Below are positions 61,480 to 64,000 of a stretch of DNA of 64,000 nucleotides, in pieces; position 1 is the stretch's first letter, and every line of letters starts with the position of its first letter. The position numbers and the translations under genes were made by a program. This stretch comes from Eubacteriales bacterium (lineage in GTDB: Bacteria; Bacillota; Clostridia; Oscillospirales; CAG-382), in the NCBI GenBank assembly GCA_045657425.1, contig JAZOTA010000081.1, positions 3,504-67,503 of the forward strand, written 5' to 3'. A model generated the notes under the pieces. It was not told the origin of the DNA and searched no databases. It saw only the letters and a list, made by a program, of their open reading frames with translations.

Positions 61480-61803
61480 TTATTTTTTGTCGGATTTTCT
61501 TTTATCGCAAAGGCATAAGCCGATATCTTCTTTTGCGTTTGAATAGTATTCACAATCACCGCACCAGAAATCGCCTTTTTGATTTTTTGGGCGGTAATGC
61601 TCGCAAGAATCCTGTATTCTCGTTGCATACGGGAATCCGCCGCTTGAAAAGCTCGGCTCGGTTATGAAATCGGGCATTATCGGCACGGGCCAGCCCTTTT
61701 CTCTTTCGTGCTCGGAATAATATCCGTATTTTAAAGCGAAGGTTCTGCCGTCGAGCTCGATAATTTTATAAATATCGCCCTCTTTATGCAATTTGCCGTC
61801 CAT
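61480..61803 (-). CDS. Small Cys-rich hypothetical protein
   Basis: GAGGTG RBS; CEHY, CGDC..Y, GLCLC. Confidence 0.7.
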   Translation of the reverse strand: MDGKLHKEGDIYKIIELDGRTFALKYGYYSEHEREKGWPVPIMPDFITEPSFSSGGFPYATRIQDSCEHYRPKNQKGDFWCGDCEYYSNAKEDIGLCLCDKRKSDKK

Positions 61804-61962
61804 AAAATCACCTCTTTTACAGTATTATAAAAAAATCAAGGCGCAATTTCACTACACCAAAATCAAAAATTTGGGATAGTTTTTTAACCTTCGGCTTCGT
61901 TAATGCGAAATTTTATCAATAAAAAACTACACCGTTCCAAATGGTTCGGTGTAGTAAAAAGC

Positions 61963-63201
61963 TTATATGTATTGATATAATTCGTCGCGGCTCTCACAGC
62001 CGGTCTTGTCCATTGCCATACGAAGCGCCTGCTTTACCGCGTTTACGGTAACGCCCATAATGTCGGCAATTTCTTTATTTTGCAAGCCGTAGGCGGCAAG
62101 GCGCGATGCCTGCCATTCGCGCACGCTTAAATTGTTGGAAACACGCTTACCGAGCATTTCGTTATGGATAGCGGTCCAGCCGTCGATAAGTGTTTTCGAT
62201 ACCGTTTTTACGTTAGCTAACGCTTCGGTCGATTTTACCGACAGACGGTCATCCATAAGAAAGCCGAAGCGGCGGCGGGATTCGGCAAGCGGAGTATAAA
62301 GCTTATCGGGAATCGCAAGATCAATTGCGCGGTCGAGGTGCGGTATCGCAACCGCATCGTTGCCCGTAAGGTGATAGGCAAGCGCGCAAACGAGTCGGAG
62401 ATAAATTTCGACAATTACCGAGCCGAACACGCACGCATAGGAAATAAGCGGCTCGATGCTATAGGGCATTGCACGTAAAAGCTCAAAGGTTTTATCCTTA
62501 TCCTTAATTCTGCCGCAGGCATGGTAAAGGTGCTTTACGTAGTTATAGGAAGCTATCGGGTAATGGTTGGGCGGCAGACGGGTGAAATCACCGCGGCAAA
62601 ACCAATCGGGAAAGGTTTCCTCCTCGGATGCCGAAATTATTGCCGTAGCGCACCAGAACTCAAGCGCATGTTTTTCGTAATCGTTATTGCATTCGGTCGC
62701 TTTTAAATAATCAAAGCCCTTGCGCCATACCTTGTAATCGCCGATGAAAAGCGAGGAAAGCGTTAATTGCATACCGACCGCAATCCTAACGTTAATATCG
62801 GTTTCATTATCTTCGATATGCTTTAACGCAAGTGAAAGCGCGGTTTTGTGGTCGCCGCGGTAAAACGCAAGCTGAGATGCGAATATATCGTATTGCGCCT
62901 CATCGTGAGAGAGCGAAATTAAAATATCCGCCGCACTGCCGGGCTTTTTGTAGACATCAAGTATTCCGTTAAATATTTTTTGGCTTGTTTGAACGCTTTT
63001 TTCGGCTTTGACCTGCTTTTCCTCAACCGATGCGTTGCTTTTTTCTTTCTTTTCGATTGCAGATGCAGGAATAAGCCATTCTCTGCCGTGACGGACAACC
63101 CCTGCGATTGCGCCTTGACGGCACATATCCTGAACACGTCGCGGTGTTACTCCGAGCTTTTCGGCAAACTGCTTTGCTGTTAGAAATTCCAAATGTATCA
63201 C
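61963..63201 (-). CDS. Transcriptional regulator with N-terminal excisionase-like HTH and C-terminal LuxR HTH
   Basis: LTAKQFAEKLGVTPRRVQ.MC..G.I.G....GREWLIP; LS.RE.Q...LAA.G..NKEIA..MGV..N.VK. Confidence 0.85.
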   Translation of the reverse strand: MIHLEFLTAKQFAEKLGVTPRRVQDMCRQGAIAGVVRHGREWLIPASAIEKKEKSNASVEEKQVKAEKSVQTSQKIFNGILDVYKKPGSAADILISLSHDEAQYDIFASQLAFYRGDHKTALSLALKHIEDNETDINVRIAVGMQLTLSSLFIGDYKVWRKGFDYLKATECNNDYEKHALEFWCATAIISASEEETFPDWFCRGDFTRLPPNHYPIASYNYVKHLYHACGRIKDKDKTFELLRAMPYSIEPLISYACVFGSVIVEIYLRLVCALAYHLTGNDAVAIPHLDRAIDLAIPDKLYTPLAESRRRFGFLMDDRLSVKSTEALANVKTVSKTLIDGWTAIHNEMLGKRVSNNLSVREWQASRLAAYGLQNKEIADIMGVTVNAVKQALRMAMDKTGCESRDELYQYI

Positions 63202-63256
63202 ACTCTTTTCGGCACGATTATACTCCTCTTTTATACAAAAGTCAATGAATGCAACA

Positions 63257-63292
63257 AAAAACTCCCTTTCCGTTTAAAGAAAAGGAGTTTTG
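63257..63292 (-). terminator. Terminator after argF
   Basis: AAAACTCCCTTTC...GAAAAGGAGTTTT. Confidence 0.65.
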
Positions 63293-63298
63293 TTTTCA

Positions 63299-64000
63299 TT
63301 AAAGCGTAGCCGCCATAACAGCCTTTATGGTGTGCATTCTGTTTTCGGCTTCGTCAAAGACGATCGAGCGTTCGCTTTCGATAACCTCGTCGGTTACCTC
63401 CATGCAGTCGATGCCGAACTTTTCGTGGATATCTCTGCCGACAACGGTGCCGAGGTCGTGGAATGCAGGGAGGCAGTGCATAAATCTGCATTGCTCGCCT
63501 GCGTTGTTCATCAATTCCATCGTCACGCGGTAGGGTGTAAGCTCGCGGATGCGTTCTTCCCAAACGTCAGCCGGCTCGCCCATCGAAACCCAAACGTCGG
63601 TATAGATAACGTCGGCGTCCTTTGTTGCTTTTATCGGGTCCTCGATAAATTCAAGAACAGCGCCCGTTTCCTTTGCTATGCTTTGACATTCGGCAATAAG
63701 AGAATCGCTCGGGAAATATTTTTTCGGTGCGCAGGCAACGAAATGCATACCCATTTTTGCGCAGCCAACCATAAGCGAATTGCCCATATTATATCTCGCA
63801 TCGCCCATATAAACCAATTTTTTGCCCTTAAGCGAGCCGAAATGCTCGATCACCGTCAAAAAGTCGGCAAGGATCTGGGTGGGGTGAAATTCGTTCGTCA
63901 AGCCGTTCCAAACGGGAACGCCTGCGAATTTTGCGAGATCCTCGACGATGCCCTGACCGAAGCCGCGGTATTCGATACCGTCGAACATTCTGCCAAGCAC
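63299..64000 (-). CDS. argF: Ornithine carbamoyltransferase, 5' part outside the window
   Basis: [44 protein letters not shown]. Confidence 0.93.
   Translation of the reverse strand: MLGRMFDGIEYRGFGQGIVEDLAKFAGVPVWNGLTNEFHPTQILADFLTVIEHFGSLKGKKLVYMGDARYNMGNSLMVGCAKMGMHFVACAPKKYFPSDSLIAECQSIAKETGAVLEFIEDPIKATKDADVIYTDVWVSMGEPADVWEERIRELTPYRVTMELMNNAGEQCRFMHCLPAFHDLGTVVGRDIHEKFGIDCMEVTDEVIESERSIVFDEAENRMHTIKAVMAATL

Overview
Chromosomal window from a spore-forming Clostridia-like bacterium (sigK, spoIIIE/ftsK, ytvI, ricT/yaaT, sigma-A consensus promoters), about 55 genes, mostly housekeeping. It has two very large surface proteins (an S8 protease with dockerin and cohesin-like modules; a vWA protein with about 12 Spy0128/FctA-like repeats), a CotH-VTC-DUF4956 operon and two tRNA genes. 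The most unusual signal is non-coding. tRNA-Ser(GGA) at 44292 and tRNA-Glu(CTC) at 52163 are each followed by the same layered structure: terminator; an antisense copy of that tRNA's own T-arm; a shared ACAGTCC-GGG-GGACTGT hairpin; a direct copy of that tRNA's 3' end through CCA; a second terminator; a ~180-nt element with three TATATCATC repeats and three complementary TGATGATAT repeats, each carrying a variable hairpin, with compensatory changes between the copies; and an outward promoter. At tRNA-Ser the promoter drives a four-helix-bundle (23S IVP/Avd-like) gene; at tRNA-Glu no gene follows. No integrase, transposase, reverse transcriptase or cas gene is in the window. All protein calls come from motif recognition by eye; no database searches were run.
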